Source: an uncultured Eubacteriales bacterium (GTDB lineage: Bacteria > Bacillota > Sulfobacillia > Fermentithermobacillales > Fermentithermobacillaceae). Taken from it: a DNA stretch of 32,426 nt. The notes under the pieces were generated by a model. The model did not search any database, had not been told where the DNA came from, and saw only the letters and a program-made list of their open reading frames with translations. The translations under genes and the position numbers were made by a program. The DNA lies in the NCBI GenBank assembly GCA_964414105.1, contig CAYPVF010000005.1, forward strand, positions 1 through 32,426, read 5' to 3'. Position 1 is the first letter of the stretch, and each line of letters begins with the position of its first letter. Shown in pieces: positions 17,073 through 26,438 of this stretch.

Positions 17073-19073
17073 GTGACCATTTTGTGGCGATCTAGGTCGA
17101 GAACTGCAAATACCTGTACCGTCTGGGTGCTGGTATTCATCATGATTTCGGTTTTCTTTGTAAAGCCGGTTGAGGCCGCAGACCCACCCAAACCTGTGCC
17201 TGAATCCTTCCAGGGTTTTAAAGGGACTGTGGTGGGCGATGTGTGCAATGTTCGCTCAGGCCCGGACACCTCTTATGCCAGCGTAGGTTTAGCACTTGAA
17301 GGGCAGTCCGTAACGATATTGGGCTCATCCGGCCAATGGTACAGAATCCAGTGGGGTTCTTCTGAAGGCTACATAGCTAACTGGCTGGTCGATGTGGATC
17401 TTAAATCCTACAGCATAAATGCAAGGATAACCAAAACTGACGTAAACATTAGAACCTCCCCGGATCTTGCTTCGGAAGTGAGGCGGATGACCCAAAAAAA
17501 CTCGCTTTTCGCCGCCGTGGCCAAACGGGGTGATTGGGTAAAAGTCAATTTGGAGGCCGAATCGGGCTGGATTCATCAAACATTGCTGCAACTGGAATAC
17601 CCGCCGGAAATCGTTCAAAGCGGATCAAAGGCGGAATGCGCCGACGAGGATATAAGCTGCGGGGCCTCGGATTCACTTTGGGGACTAGGCAGATTAGCGT
17701 CCGTTACGGTAACTCACACTGATGTGAATTTTAGGGCCGGTCCTGGGACAAGCTACCCGGTTATAGGATCCCTGCAAAAGGGAGACGTTCTTAATGTTGT
17801 GGGCGCCCAAGACGACGGCTGGGTTCGAGCCATTTCCTCAAAAGGCCTTATTGGTTACGTCGCTGATTGGCTGGTAGGCGAGGTTTCCAAACCTTCCCCC
17901 AAAGCCTTTTCCGTAGTTGTCGACGCCAACGGTCCGACCAGGCTTCTTACTGTTACAGGCGGGTTTGAGTCGGCCGTGATAGTTCCCGGGGGAAACGAAA
18001 CTACCTTAGTCATAAGCACGTCGATGTTCTTTGGAACGCAGGCGGTTCTGCCTGTGAATCGTTTTGAATTCTCCGATTTAAAAGTTGGAACCAGTGATGT
18101 AACTATTAACCTTAGCGGCAAGGCCAACTACAGGGTCATAACCAACTTGCCTGGGAAAGTTGTACTGGAGTTCTTCCCCACCATCACATCCATAGGTATT
18201 AGCCCACACTCAGACGGGGACGTTCTTACTGTCAACACTGTGGGGTATGCTTTCCCCACAGTAACTAACAAAGGCGATTCCATGGAGTTTTTCATACCGG
18301 GAGCGACTTTTGTGGGAATGCCGGTTCTATCCCAAGGCGAGTCAGTCAGATGTCTTTCTGTTACCCCAAAAGATGGCGGCACCTGTGTGCTTTTGGACAC
18401 CCAAGACGCCACTTATCTCATAAAGCAAAGTGACAATGTCATCCAAGTGCGGTTCCCTAAAGGCGGGCTTACAGGCCGGGTTATTGTGCTCGACCCAGGC
18501 CATGAAGCCCAAGACCCCGGGGCTATAGGCCCCACAGGCTTGGCCGAAAGAAATGTAAACTGGGAAATTGCCAACGCCGCCGCTGAAAAGCTTAGGAACG
18601 CGGGAGCCACCGTGTATATAACCCGGTCAGGTCTTTACGATATGTCGTACCCCCCGGCAAATGCAAAACCCGTAGCCGGCGGTTACAGTGGTTCTTTGGC
18701 TAAAAGAGCCGCTTGGGGCCAGATAGCGGATATCTTCATATCGATTCACAACGATTGGAACTACAATAGCAGCGTAAATGGTACAACGGCCTACCTGACC
18801 AGCAACACGCCATACGGCGCCGAATCCAAAAAACTCGCCGCCTTACTGCTTAAGCATGTTACGTCATACCTTGGTACGCAAAGCAAAGGCGTACGAGAAG
18901 CCGAATATTTTGTCACCAAGGAAACCCCTTGCCCTTCGGTGCTGGTGGAAGTAATGTTTTTGTCAAATCCTTCAGAAGAGCTTCGGCTCAAGCAGCCTGC
19001 GACCTGGGAAAACGCGGCTATGGGAATACTGTCCGCGGTCCAGGAGTATTTCGAGACCGCACCACACCGGTAA
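17073..19073 (+). CDS. Secreted N-acetylmuramoyl-L-alanine amidase with three SH3b domains
   Basis: C-terminal Amidase_3 motifs (VLDPGHEAQDPGA, SIHND, LVEVMFLSNPSEE). Three N-terminal SH3b-like repeats (VCNVRSGPDTSY..., DVNIRTSPDL..., DVNFRAGPGTSY...). The track start at 16977 lies inside the iscU terminator. GTG at 17073 gives a plausible signal peptide (RSRSRTANTCTVWVLVFIMISVFFVKPVEA). Confidence 0.8.
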   Translation: MTILWRSRSRTANTCTVWVLVFIMISVFFVKPVEAADPPKPVPESFQGFKGTVVGDVCNVRSGPDTSYASVGLALEGQSVTILGSSGQWYRIQWGSSEGYIANWLVDVDLKSYSINARITKTDVNIRTSPDLASEVRRMTQKNSLFAAVAKRGDWVKVNLEAESGWIHQTLLQLEYPPEIVQSGSKAECADEDISCGASDSLWGLGRLASVTVTHTDVNFRAGPGTSYPVIGSLQKGDVLNVVGAQDDGWVRAISSKGLIGYVADWLVGEVSKPSPKAFSVVVDANGPTRLLTVTGGFESAVIVPGGNETTLVISTSMFFGTQAVLPVNRFEFSDLKVGTSDVTINLSGKANYRVITNLPGKVVLEFFPTITSIGISPHSDGDVLTVNTVGYAFPTVTNKGDSMEFFIPGATFVGMPVLSQGESVRCLSVTPKDGGTCVLLDTQDATYLIKQSDNVIQVRFPKGGLTGRVIVLDPGHEAQDPGAIGPTGLAERNVNWEIANAAAEKLRNAGATVYITRSGLYDMSYPPANAKPVAGGYSGSLAKRAAWGQIADIFISIHNDWNYNSSVNGTTAYLTSNTPYGAESKKLAALLLKHVTSYLGTQSKGVREAEYFVTKETPCPSVLVEVMFLSNPSEELRLKQPATWENAAMGILSAVQEYFETAPHR

Positions 19074-19082
19074 GCTCAAAGT

Positions 19083-19119
19083 AAAATCCCCCGGCAGTTG
19101 CAGGTGCCGGGGGATTTTT
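19083..19119. terminator. Bidirectional rho-independent terminator between convergent genes
   Basis: A perfect 13-bp stem, AAAATCCCCCGGC (19083-19095) with GCCGGGGGATTTT (19106-19118), around a 10-nt loop. A/T runs on both sides allow it to function on either strand. Confidence 0.7.
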
Positions 19120-19138
19120 CACACAGAACATCCGGCGT

Positions 19139-20485
19139 CTAAACCATACTTGAGCCTGTAAACGCGAAATCATTCATTTTGACGCAAGGCAAAACAGGCG
19201 TAAAAGTGCTCCACCAATCCCTGGTCAACCTGGAGGTTTTGGAAATCGATTCGACGCGCGCAAACGCGTCTATCATGGATTCCGTGAAACGCAGGTTTTT
19301 TACCCGTGCCACGATTTGACCGTCTTCGATAAGGAATGTGCCGTCCCTGGTGGTTCCTGTAGCGACTACCCTGGATGGCTCGGGACAGTGGGTGTAGTGA
19401 AATCTCGTCACCAACAAACCGCGTTTTGTGGATTTTATCATTTCGTCCCGGGTTGAATCTCCCTCAGCCATAAACATGTTTCCCGGCATCGGGCCCCTGC
19501 TCCAACCGGTGCGTGACCCGGCGTGACCGGTAGATTTATGCCCTTCAACCGCCGCCGAGCGTGAATCGTATACGACTCCCGAAGCCACTCCTTTGTCGAT
19601 AATAACCACTTTCTTTTTGGGCATCCCCTCAGAGTCGAATGGATCCGCAAGTCCCCTCAGGTCATTGCCATCGTCCCAAATGGTAACATTATCGCCCATA
19701 ACTTTCTTGCCCATCTCGTAAGCCATAAAACTTCGGCCTTGCTGCTTTGCTTCGGCCCCAAAAGCCAAATAGCCCAGAAAGCGTATTAAATCGGCTAAAG
19801 CGTATTCCTCAAATATCGTGTCGTACCGGCCGGGTTCAAGCGCTATAGCGTCCGGGTATAGTGTTGCTTTTTCAAGCGCTTCTTCCGCTACCGAAACAGG
19901 GTCAATAGTCCTGACATCCCTGGTAAGTCGGTCGGCGTAGCCGGTGTTGGGGCCTGATTCTATGATGGTTCTAAAAAACGCGTCTGTTGACGCATTGTAA
20001 GCCCTGACGCCTGCCGTGTTTGCCACGGCATGTTCATACGCGGCGGTGTGGAAAGTGCCGGACGCTTCGATGCCTTTTTCCCTTGCCTTGTCTATCACCA
20101 CGCCACAGGCATCAGCCCTGTATTTTGGTGTTGTGTTAGCCGTAGCAGGCACGAAAGTAGCCAGCTCTTGATAAGGCCCGGGCTTAGGAAAACCCGGAAA
20201 CTGCGGGTCGTCCCCTGCCATTTCCATGTTTTCCACAGCTGTTTGAACAGCCCACCGCAAGGAGCCGTCGTCCAAAAGGTTCACAGAACACGTCCCGATT
20301 TTTTTACCTTTGGATACCCTCAGTGTCAAAACGTGGTTCTGACGTTTTAGGTTCTGATGAATGTGATTTCTGGAAAACCTTGTCAGACTGAAATCTTCAG
20401 CTGTTAAATTCGCCTCAAGGTCCACCCCTTGAGCAAAAGAAGTAATCTTTTCCAAGACTTTGAAAACATCATCTTTCCCTATCAC
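19139..20485 (-). CDS. pmbA: TldE/PmbA-family metalloprotease subunit
   Basis: PmbA/TldD-fold protein without the HExxxH motif, immediately after tldD. A GTG at 20485 overlaps the tldD stop (GTGA), so the track's extension to 20599 is probably not translated. Confidence 0.8.
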   Translation of the reverse strand: MIGKDDVFKVLEKITSFAQGVDLEANLTAEDFSLTRFSRNHIHQNLKRQNHVLTLRVSKGKKIGTCSVNLLDDGSLRWAVQTAVENMEMAGDDPQFPGFPKPGPYQELATFVPATANTTPKYRADACGVVIDKAREKGIEASGTFHTAAYEHAVANTAGVRAYNASTDAFFRTIIESGPNTGYADRLTRDVRTIDPVSVAEEALEKATLYPDAIALEPGRYDTIFEEYALADLIRFLGYLAFGAEAKQQGRSFMAYEMGKKVMGDNVTIWDDGNDLRGLADPFDSEGMPKKKVVIIDKGVASGVVYDSRSAAVEGHKSTGHAGSRTGWSRGPMPGNMFMAEGDSTRDEMIKSTKRGLLVTRFHYTHCPEPSRVVATGTTRDGTFLIEDGQIVARVKNLRFTESMIDAFARVESISKTSRLTRDWWSTFTPVLPCVKMNDFAFTGSSMV

Positions 20486-21912
20486 TGTCCCACACCTACC
20501 TTTACCTTCCTGAATCGCGCCGGCGCCGCCCCGTGACCCACTTGAACAACCTGAACCGGTTCGCCCTTGGCACAACCGGGTGTTCCCCAAATATGCCACT
20601 CGTCTTTTCTTGCGACAGCGTCACAAGAGCCCCAGAATTCCGGCGTTATGGCGGTGTGAGCAGGGTTTTTGACCATCCCCACAATTGAACCGTCTTTTAT
20701 CTCATACCCTATTTCCTGACCGAAGTGGAAATTCCACCTTTTGTCATCTAAACTCCAGCTTTTAGGGGTATCCACAAAGATGCCGCTTTTGGTGTCTTTT
20801 ATAATCTCGTCCAGTGTCCAATCCCCCGGCTCAAGGTTGATGTTAGTCATCCTTACCATGGGGATGTTTTCCCATCCTACGGCCCGGCAAGTGCCATTTG
20901 ACTCTTGACCAAACATTGGGGCCAGCTCCCGGGATGTCAGATAGTCTTTGAAGATACCCTCCACCACCAAATCGGTGCGCTGTGCCGGGATTCCGTCGTC
21001 GTCAAACCCAAAACTCCCTAATCCCCCGGGGCATGTCGCGTCTGCGACCAGGTGCACCTGGGGAGAACCGTAACGATAAGAACCTTTCTTTTCAGGAGTC
21101 AAAAACGATGTGCCCGCGTAAGTGGCTTCCTGGCCCAAAACCCTGTCAAGCTCCACTGGATGCCCGCACGATTCGTGTACCTGGAGTGCTACCATAGAAC
21201 CACCCTGGATAAGATCCGTCACCCCTTGGGGGCACTGAGGGGCGGACAAAAGTTTTACAGCTTCTTCGCCTAGAGTTTCCGCTTTCGAGGCCAACTCAAG
21301 CCCGGAGACGAATTCGTAACCGCCGTCTATATAGTCCTCGAAAGAACGTGACTGTACCTCGTTCTGCCCCCTAGCCATTACTTGCACAGAAGCGCCTGTA
21401 TGTACAGTGGTCTGCTGAATCTCACGGCCGTCTGTGGAAGCAAACTCTTTTTCCTCTTTGTAGTTCATCATAGAAGCGCTGGCCCTTGACACCCCCGGCA
21501 CCTTCATTGCCGTACCCACAACATCGGATAGGAGCGCGGCTTTGTCTTCTACTTTTACGCTAAAAGGGTCGATCTTATAAGGAGTTTGCCATTTGGCTTT
21601 TAGGGCAGGAAGGGGCGACAAGGCTATCCCGTCCCCCACTTTATATTTTGCGGAAGCTTCAGCGATCTTTACGGCCTCTTCCGCTGTTTTTTCCAGACTG
21701 CGAGGATCCAAATACGGGGTTGCCGCGAAGCCCCAGGCCCCATCCACAAGCACCCTCACGCCCAATCCTACACTTTTGGACGCCTGTACTTGCGGCGCTC
21801 CGTCACTTGAAACAGTGACCGGTTGGGAGCTGGTGCTCACGTACCTGGCGTCAGCGTACTCGGCCCCGAATTTTTGTGCCAAACCTAAAACCTTGTCTAG
21901 TTGCGTCAACAC
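20482..21912 (-). CDS. tldD: TldD-family zinc metalloprotease
   Basis: 476 aa with the TldD active-site motif HESCGHPVELD (HExxxH) and a conserved C-terminal GGxG-rich region. Confidence 0.85.
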   Translation of the reverse strand: MLTQLDKVLGLAQKFGAEYADARYVSTSSQPVTVSSDGAPQVQASKSVGLGVRVLVDGAWGFAATPYLDPRSLEKTAEEAVKIAEASAKYKVGDGIALSPLPALKAKWQTPYKIDPFSVKVEDKAALLSDVVGTAMKVPGVSRASASMMNYKEEKEFASTDGREIQQTTVHTGASVQVMARGQNEVQSRSFEDYIDGGYEFVSGLELASKAETLGEEAVKLLSAPQCPQGVTDLIQGGSMVALQVHESCGHPVELDRVLGQEATYAGTSFLTPEKKGSYRYGSPQVHLVADATCPGGLGSFGFDDDGIPAQRTDLVVEGIFKDYLTSRELAPMFGQESNGTCRAVGWENIPMVRMTNINLEPGDWTLDEIIKDTKSGIFVDTPKSWSLDDKRWNFHFGQEIGYEIKDGSIVGMVKNPAHTAITPEFWGSCDAVARKDEWHIWGTPGCAKGEPVQVVQVGHGAAPARFRKVKVGVGQ

Positions 21913-21931
21913 CTACGGCTTCCTCCCTTTG

Positions 21932-22927
21932 CTAAAACTCCAACGGACTCTCGCACAACGCCTTGCATAGCTTGACGCAGTCTTCCATATCGTCTAGATC
22001 TACCATCTCGCTTGGGCTATGGATGTACCTGCATGGTATTGATATAACCCCGGCGGGAATACCCGCTTTGGTCATTTGAATGGCGCCGGAATTGGTACCC
22101 CCGGCCTCCAGAATCTCAAGCTGATATTTGATTCCATTGTCTTCTGCCACTTTTTCCATATAAGCGCGCAAAGCGGGAGTGCATATCAGGCTTGAATCTT
22201 TTACTTTTATGGCAGCGCCGCCACCCAAAGAAACATCCATGGTGACGCCTTTTGGGGTATCACCTGTTCCGGTAACATCTAAAGCGATTCCCACATCAGG
22301 CGAAATGCCGTAGGCTGCGACGCGCGCACCCCTTAGACCGACTTCCTCTTGAGTGGAAAACAAAGCATATATATCATTCGGCGTTTCGCCCAAACGCTTC
22401 AAGGTCTGGATTATAACAGCGCAAGCTGCCCTGTCGTCCAGCGCCTTAGCCACGAAACGGTTCCCAAAGCAAACCGCCGGCTGGAAAAACGCCGCGCTAT
22501 CCCCAATTCGAACTTTGGCTGAAGCTTCTTCTTTATCCTTGGCGCCAATATCGATAAACAGTTTTTCGGCTTTCATGTCCTTGACGTCTGTCACCCTGTC
22601 AGAGCCTACTACCCCTTGGGTTCCGTTTTCAAAGTAGACTCTTTGACCCAGTGACACAAATGGGTTGACGCCGCCGATATTGCCAAACCGCAAGAACCCG
22701 TTTTTATCGATGTGGGTTACCATAAGGCCAATTTCGTCCATGTGCCCGTCAATTAACAGCTTTTTGCCGCCCCCAGTGCCTTTTTTAAGGCAAATGAGAT
22801 TGCCCAAAGCGTCCACTTTGATGTCGTCCACATAGGCCGAAACCTCTTCACGTATTACATCTCTTATTTGCCCTTCCGAGCCCGACGGTCCGTAAGCCTC
22901 AGTAAGTCTTATCAAAAGATCTTTCAC
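21932..22927 (-). CDS. M42-family (TET/FrvX-like) aminopeptidase, paralog 1
   Basis: 331 aa with GHMDEIGLMVTHI, ALDDRAACAV and FSTQEEVGLRGA motifs. GTG start overlaps the upstream stop (GTGA) and lies 9 nt after GAAGGAGG. Confidence 0.85.
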   Translation of the reverse strand: MKDLLIRLTEAYGPSGSEGQIRDVIREEVSAYVDDIKVDALGNLICLKKGTGGGKKLLIDGHMDEIGLMVTHIDKNGFLRFGNIGGVNPFVSLGQRVYFENGTQGVVGSDRVTDVKDMKAEKLFIDIGAKDKEEASAKVRIGDSAAFFQPAVCFGNRFVAKALDDRAACAVIIQTLKRLGETPNDIYALFSTQEEVGLRGARVAAYGISPDVGIALDVTGTGDTPKGVTMDVSLGGGAAIKVKDSSLICTPALRAYMEKVAEDNGIKYQLEILEAGGTNSGAIQMTKAGIPAGVISIPCRYIHSPSEMVDLDDMEDCVKLCKALCESPLEF

Positions 22928-23940
22928 GGTCTGAAACCTCCTTCAACACTGCGCAAGAATTGGATCAAAAGCTCCAATGCGGCATCGTAATCGTCTTTGG
23001 ACATAAGCGAGAACGGGGTGTGAATGTATCGGCAGGGAACCGAGATGGCCGCCACGGGGCAACCGGCTTTGGCTTGATGGATAGGCGAAGCGTCATTTCC
23101 CCCGGAGGTAGCCTCCCTGAACTGCACGCGTATTTGCTTCTCTTTCGCAACACGCAGGAGCTCCTCCAACATGCCTTTGTGCGCTATGGTTCCCCTATCC
23201 ATAACCGATAAAGCGGCGCCGTGGCCAATCCGTGTGGCATAAAACTCTTCTTGGGAGCCGGGTATGTCAGCACAAACGGTTCCTTCCAAGGCTATACCCA
23301 TGTGGGGCTCAATCTTGTACGCGGCAACTCTCGCTCCCCGGGTGCCAACCTCTTCCTGAACTGAAAAAACCGCGAACAACCTGATATCTTCCCACGATTC
23401 TTTCAGGCACTCCAAAAGTATAGAGCACCCTACCCTGTCGTCCAGCGCCTTGGCTTTGATGATGCCGGGCCAAAGCTCTTGATATTCTGTATCAAATACG
23501 ACGTAATCGCCAAGGTTTACTTTGCGTTTGGCATCGTCTTCATCTTTTGCCCCAATATCTATAAAAAGCTGATCTAGCGGAATAACCGATTGCCTTTCTT
23601 TTCTTTCTTGCAGGTGAATCGCTTTTGCCCCGATCACCCCGGGCACTTTGTCTGGGCCGATCAAAACTCTTTGCGACGCCAAAACCGACAAAGGAACGCC
23701 TATGCTCGCAAACCTCAAAAAGCCATTCTTCTCAATGTGCTTTATGAGAAGCCCTACCTCATCCATGTGGGCGTCCACCATGATTTTGGGACCCTTCACG
23801 CCCTTTTGGGCGATGATGTTTCCCATGATATCGGTCTCGTAAGCCACACCCATAGAGTTCAACTCGTGAATTATGGCATTTCTAATTTGACTCTCGTTCC
23901 CTGAAACACCGGCCAAGGAAGTAAGCTGTTCTAAGTCCAT
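22924..23940 (-). CDS. M42-family aminopeptidase, paralog 2
   Basis: 338 aa with AHMDEVGLLIKHI, ALDDRVGCSI and FSVQEEVGTRGA motifs. ATG start lies 8 nt after GAAGGAG. Confidence 0.85.
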   Translation of the reverse strand: MDLEQLTSLAGVSGNESQIRNAIIHELNSMGVAYETDIMGNIIAQKGVKGPKIMVDAHMDEVGLLIKHIEKNGFLRFASIGVPLSVLASQRVLIGPDKVPGVIGAKAIHLQERKERQSVIPLDQLFIDIGAKDEDDAKRKVNLGDYVVFDTEYQELWPGIIKAKALDDRVGCSILLECLKESWEDIRLFAVFSVQEEVGTRGARVAAYKIEPHMGIALEGTVCADIPGSQEEFYATRIGHGAALSVMDRGTIAHKGMLEELLRVAKEKQIRVQFREATSGGNDASPIHQAKAGCPVAAISVPCRYIHTPFSLMSKDDYDAALELLIQFLRSVEGGFRP

Positions 23941-25004
23941 GTCGTCAACTCCTTCACGGCCGCGCTATCACAGGAGGCGATAAATCGGGCCAATAGCTGT
24001 CCGCCCTTTATGACATCCCCAAGTGAAAGAGTTTCAACGGATGTGTGCATGTAACGCAAGGGGATTGAAATTAGCCCTGTGGCCACGCCTTCCCCGGCCA
24101 TTTGAATCGCCCACGCGTCTGTCCCCGTAGGCCCGGGCGCCACTTCGGTTTGAACAATGATTCCCATTTCGCCGGCTGCTTTTTTCAGCCCCGCGTAAAC
24201 CTTGGGGTGGATGTTTCCCCCCATACATAAGACGGGCCCTTTTCCCAACATAGACGTTCGCCACGGGGGCACGCCGGGCGTTTCACCGTGGCATACATCG
24301 ATGGCCACACCTATATCCGGTTCTATATCGTAGGCGGAAACAGTAGCGCCCCTAAGCCCAACTTCTTCTTGAGTTGTAGCCACCGCAAAAACGTCGGCCT
24401 GCACTTTATATTTTCGTAACTCATCAAGACAAACCAGAATTAACCCGAAACCTGCTCTGTCGTCCATGGATTTGCCCGCCAGAATATCGCCCATAAGCTC
24501 AGTTACTTGCATTTTGTAAGTGACGACATCCCCAACCTTGCATAGCTTTCTCACTTCTTCTTCGGGCAGACCCAAATCGATGAAAAGATCTTCCATCTTT
24601 TGAGCCTTCATTGCGTCTTCAGGAGCTGTAAGATGCGGGGGCTTGACCCCTACAAGCCCGGTTAAAGGACGTTTTGCGTAAACTATTACTTCATGCCCCG
24701 GCAAAATGCGAGGGTCTACGCCAATACCCACAAACCTAAGAAATCCGCGTTCTTCAATTTTGGTTATCATCAGCCCGACTTCATCCATATGCCCCGCCAA
24801 CATAATTTTGGGGCGAGGAGAATCGCCTTGGCCTTTCTTGAAACCGATAAGGTTACCAAGGCTGTCCTCTCGGATTTCGTCTACTAGGCCGGCCATCGCT
24901 TCCCTGCATACGGAAGCGGCGTTCATGAACTCGTGTCCCGATACTCCGTGGGCCATTGAGGCCTTTTTTAAAAATTCTTTAATAGAGAAACTCAGGTTCG
25001 ACAC
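23931..25004 (-). CDS. M42-family aminopeptidase, paralog 3
   Basis: 357 aa with GHMDEVGLMITKI, SMDDRAGFGL and TTQEEVGLRGA motifs. The start is uncertain: the GTG at 25004 abuts GGAG with no spacing, and an internal ATG (MAHGVSGHE) is an alternative. Confidence 0.8.
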   Translation of the reverse strand: MSNLSFSIKEFLKKASMAHGVSGHEFMNAASVCREAMAGLVDEIREDSLGNLIGFKKGQGDSPRPKIMLAGHMDEVGLMITKIEERGFLRFVGIGVDPRILPGHEVIVYAKRPLTGLVGVKPPHLTAPEDAMKAQKMEDLFIDLGLPEEEVRKLCKVGDVVTYKMQVTELMGDILAGKSMDDRAGFGLILVCLDELRKYKVQADVFAVATTQEEVGLRGATVSAYDIEPDIGVAIDVCHGETPGVPPWRTSMLGKGPVLCMGGNIHPKVYAGLKKAAGEMGIIVQTEVAPGPTGTDAWAIQMAGEGVATGLISIPLRYMHTSVETLSLGDVIKGGQLLARFIASCDSAAVKELTTWT

Positions 25005-25070
25005 CTCCTATACCAAGGGGATAGTACCCAGTGTGAGATATTCGTCCGGTTTGTAACCTAATCCTGCCAA

Positions 25071-26420
25071 TCACCCGGCCAAAATGACCGACGCTTTGGT
25101 GGTTTCACTGAACACCCGCAGACTGACGCCTTCAAGATCCCGGCCCCAAGGGTCAAACGCCCTAGCCGGTAAAGAAACCGTGGGGGGGGGTTGCCTCAAA
25201 TCAAGTAAGGAATAAGCCCTAATGAAATCCCCGACAGTGAGAAGCCCCGCCGCCTGAATATTGCCGCCAAAATACCTGCTTTTCACCGCAACCACCTTTG
25301 CCGTGAGGCCGCGTATCTCTAATATGCTTTCAACTAGAGGTTTCGCTAAAGAAGAGGTAAGAACCAAAGGAACGCCGCGTCCAAACCCCGCCTGGTTCTC
25401 CCAAGACACCCATTCTTGGAACCCAATGTCTTCGTACATGATGAAGCCCGGCGAAGCGTATCGTGGTTTTATCAACCGCAGTTCTTGTGTTATACCATCC
25501 CTTTCCAAAGATATTTGTGGATTCTCTTTGGACCGCACAGCGGCAAAACAGTCTTTTCGCGAAAACACCCTTTTGCCCGAAACCCGTGTTATCAAATCTC
25601 CCGTCCGCACCCCTGCCGCATATGCGGGGCTGTTGGGTATTACGGCGTCAACTCTGGCTTCCCAGCGACGCAAGCCCGGTGGCTCAAACAATACAGGAAT
25701 TCCTAGAGAATCGTTTTGCGCGACCGAAAACTTGCGAATCTCACCCCAAACACTAGGCGTAACACTGTCAGCTAATGGATGCTTTCGCGAAAACCCGGGT
25801 CCCAGAATACGTATTCCTTCAGCCCCGGAGTTTTTCAGGAATAACACTGTTTCTTCAAGGTCGTCCCACCCTGTAATAAACGGAAGGGCCACGATACTGC
25901 CTTCAAAAGATAACCTACCGCCCAGGTACTCAACGTTTTCCAGAGTTCGCTTGGGATCTGAATCTCCCATGATCTCCAGCCTTTTTCCCACAGTGTTCAG
26001 GGAAACCAAGAGCTCGATATCCAAAGCTTGCAACTGGTTCGTAATTGAAGGCGAAAGATGGCAAGCGTTTGTAGTAACCTGGATGGTTTTTTTAGGGTAC
26101 TCTTTTCTCACCAACTCCAATATCTTAAGAAAATCGGGATGGGTGAAAGGCTCCCCTTCCTTTACGCGGGTGGCCGATTCGCCTATGACTATTGGCCCTG
26201 GGGCGGATTGAAGCCACGCCAAAGTGTCCTGAATGTCTTGGATACTTCTGGGCGGGATAGCAAAAATCTCGCAGGAAGGCGGATTAAAACTGTTGGAGCA
26301 AAACACGCAACCCGAATCACACACAGAGGTGATAGGCAAAACGCCCGCGCTTTGGGCCTTGTACAAAAGCGCCTCGAGAGATGGGGCAGGCGAAGTTTGT
26401 CTTAAAAGACGGCCGCACAT
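25071..26420 (-). CDS. Radical SAM protein with an internal PDZ domain and a DUF512-like C-terminus
   Basis: 449 aa. CxxxCxxC motif near the N-terminus (CDSGCVFC). PDZ-like segment (VDAVIPNSPAYAAGVRTGDLITRVSGKRVFS). C-terminal YFGGNIQAAGLLTVGDF resembles the DUF512 signature. Confidence 0.7.
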   Translation of the reverse strand: MCGRLLRQTSPAPSLEALLYKAQSAGVLPITSVCDSGCVFCSNSFNPPSCEIFAIPPRSIQDIQDTLAWLQSAPGPIVIGESATRVKEGEPFTHPDFLKILELVRKEYPKKTIQVTTNACHLSPSITNQLQALDIELLVSLNTVGKRLEIMGDSDPKRTLENVEYLGGRLSFEGSIVALPFITGWDDLEETVLFLKNSGAEGIRILGPGFSRKHPLADSVTPSVWGEIRKFSVAQNDSLGIPVLFEPPGLRRWEARVDAVIPNSPAYAAGVRTGDLITRVSGKRVFSRKDCFAAVRSKENPQISLERDGITQELRLIKPRYASPGFIMYEDIGFQEWVSWENQAGFGRGVPLVLTSSLAKPLVESILEIRGLTAKVVAVKSRYFGGNIQAAGLLTVGDFIRAYSLLDLRQPPPTVSLPARAFDPWGRDLEGVSLRVFSETTKASVILAG

Positions 26421-26438
26421 CTTATATCATCCTTTCAG

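Noticed and set aside
25261-26211. 316-aa plus-strand ORF antisense to the radical SAM gene. Similar long antisense ORFs occur at 2587..3204, 3146..3727, 8027..8587, 11190..11594, 11613..12047 and 30256..30876.
   Set aside because: Each lies entirely inside a well-supported gene on the other strand. Their compositions are Pro/Arg/Ser/Thr-rich and low-complexity, they lack SD sites, and they carry no recognisable motifs. They are typical shadow ORFs of moderately GC-rich coding DNA.
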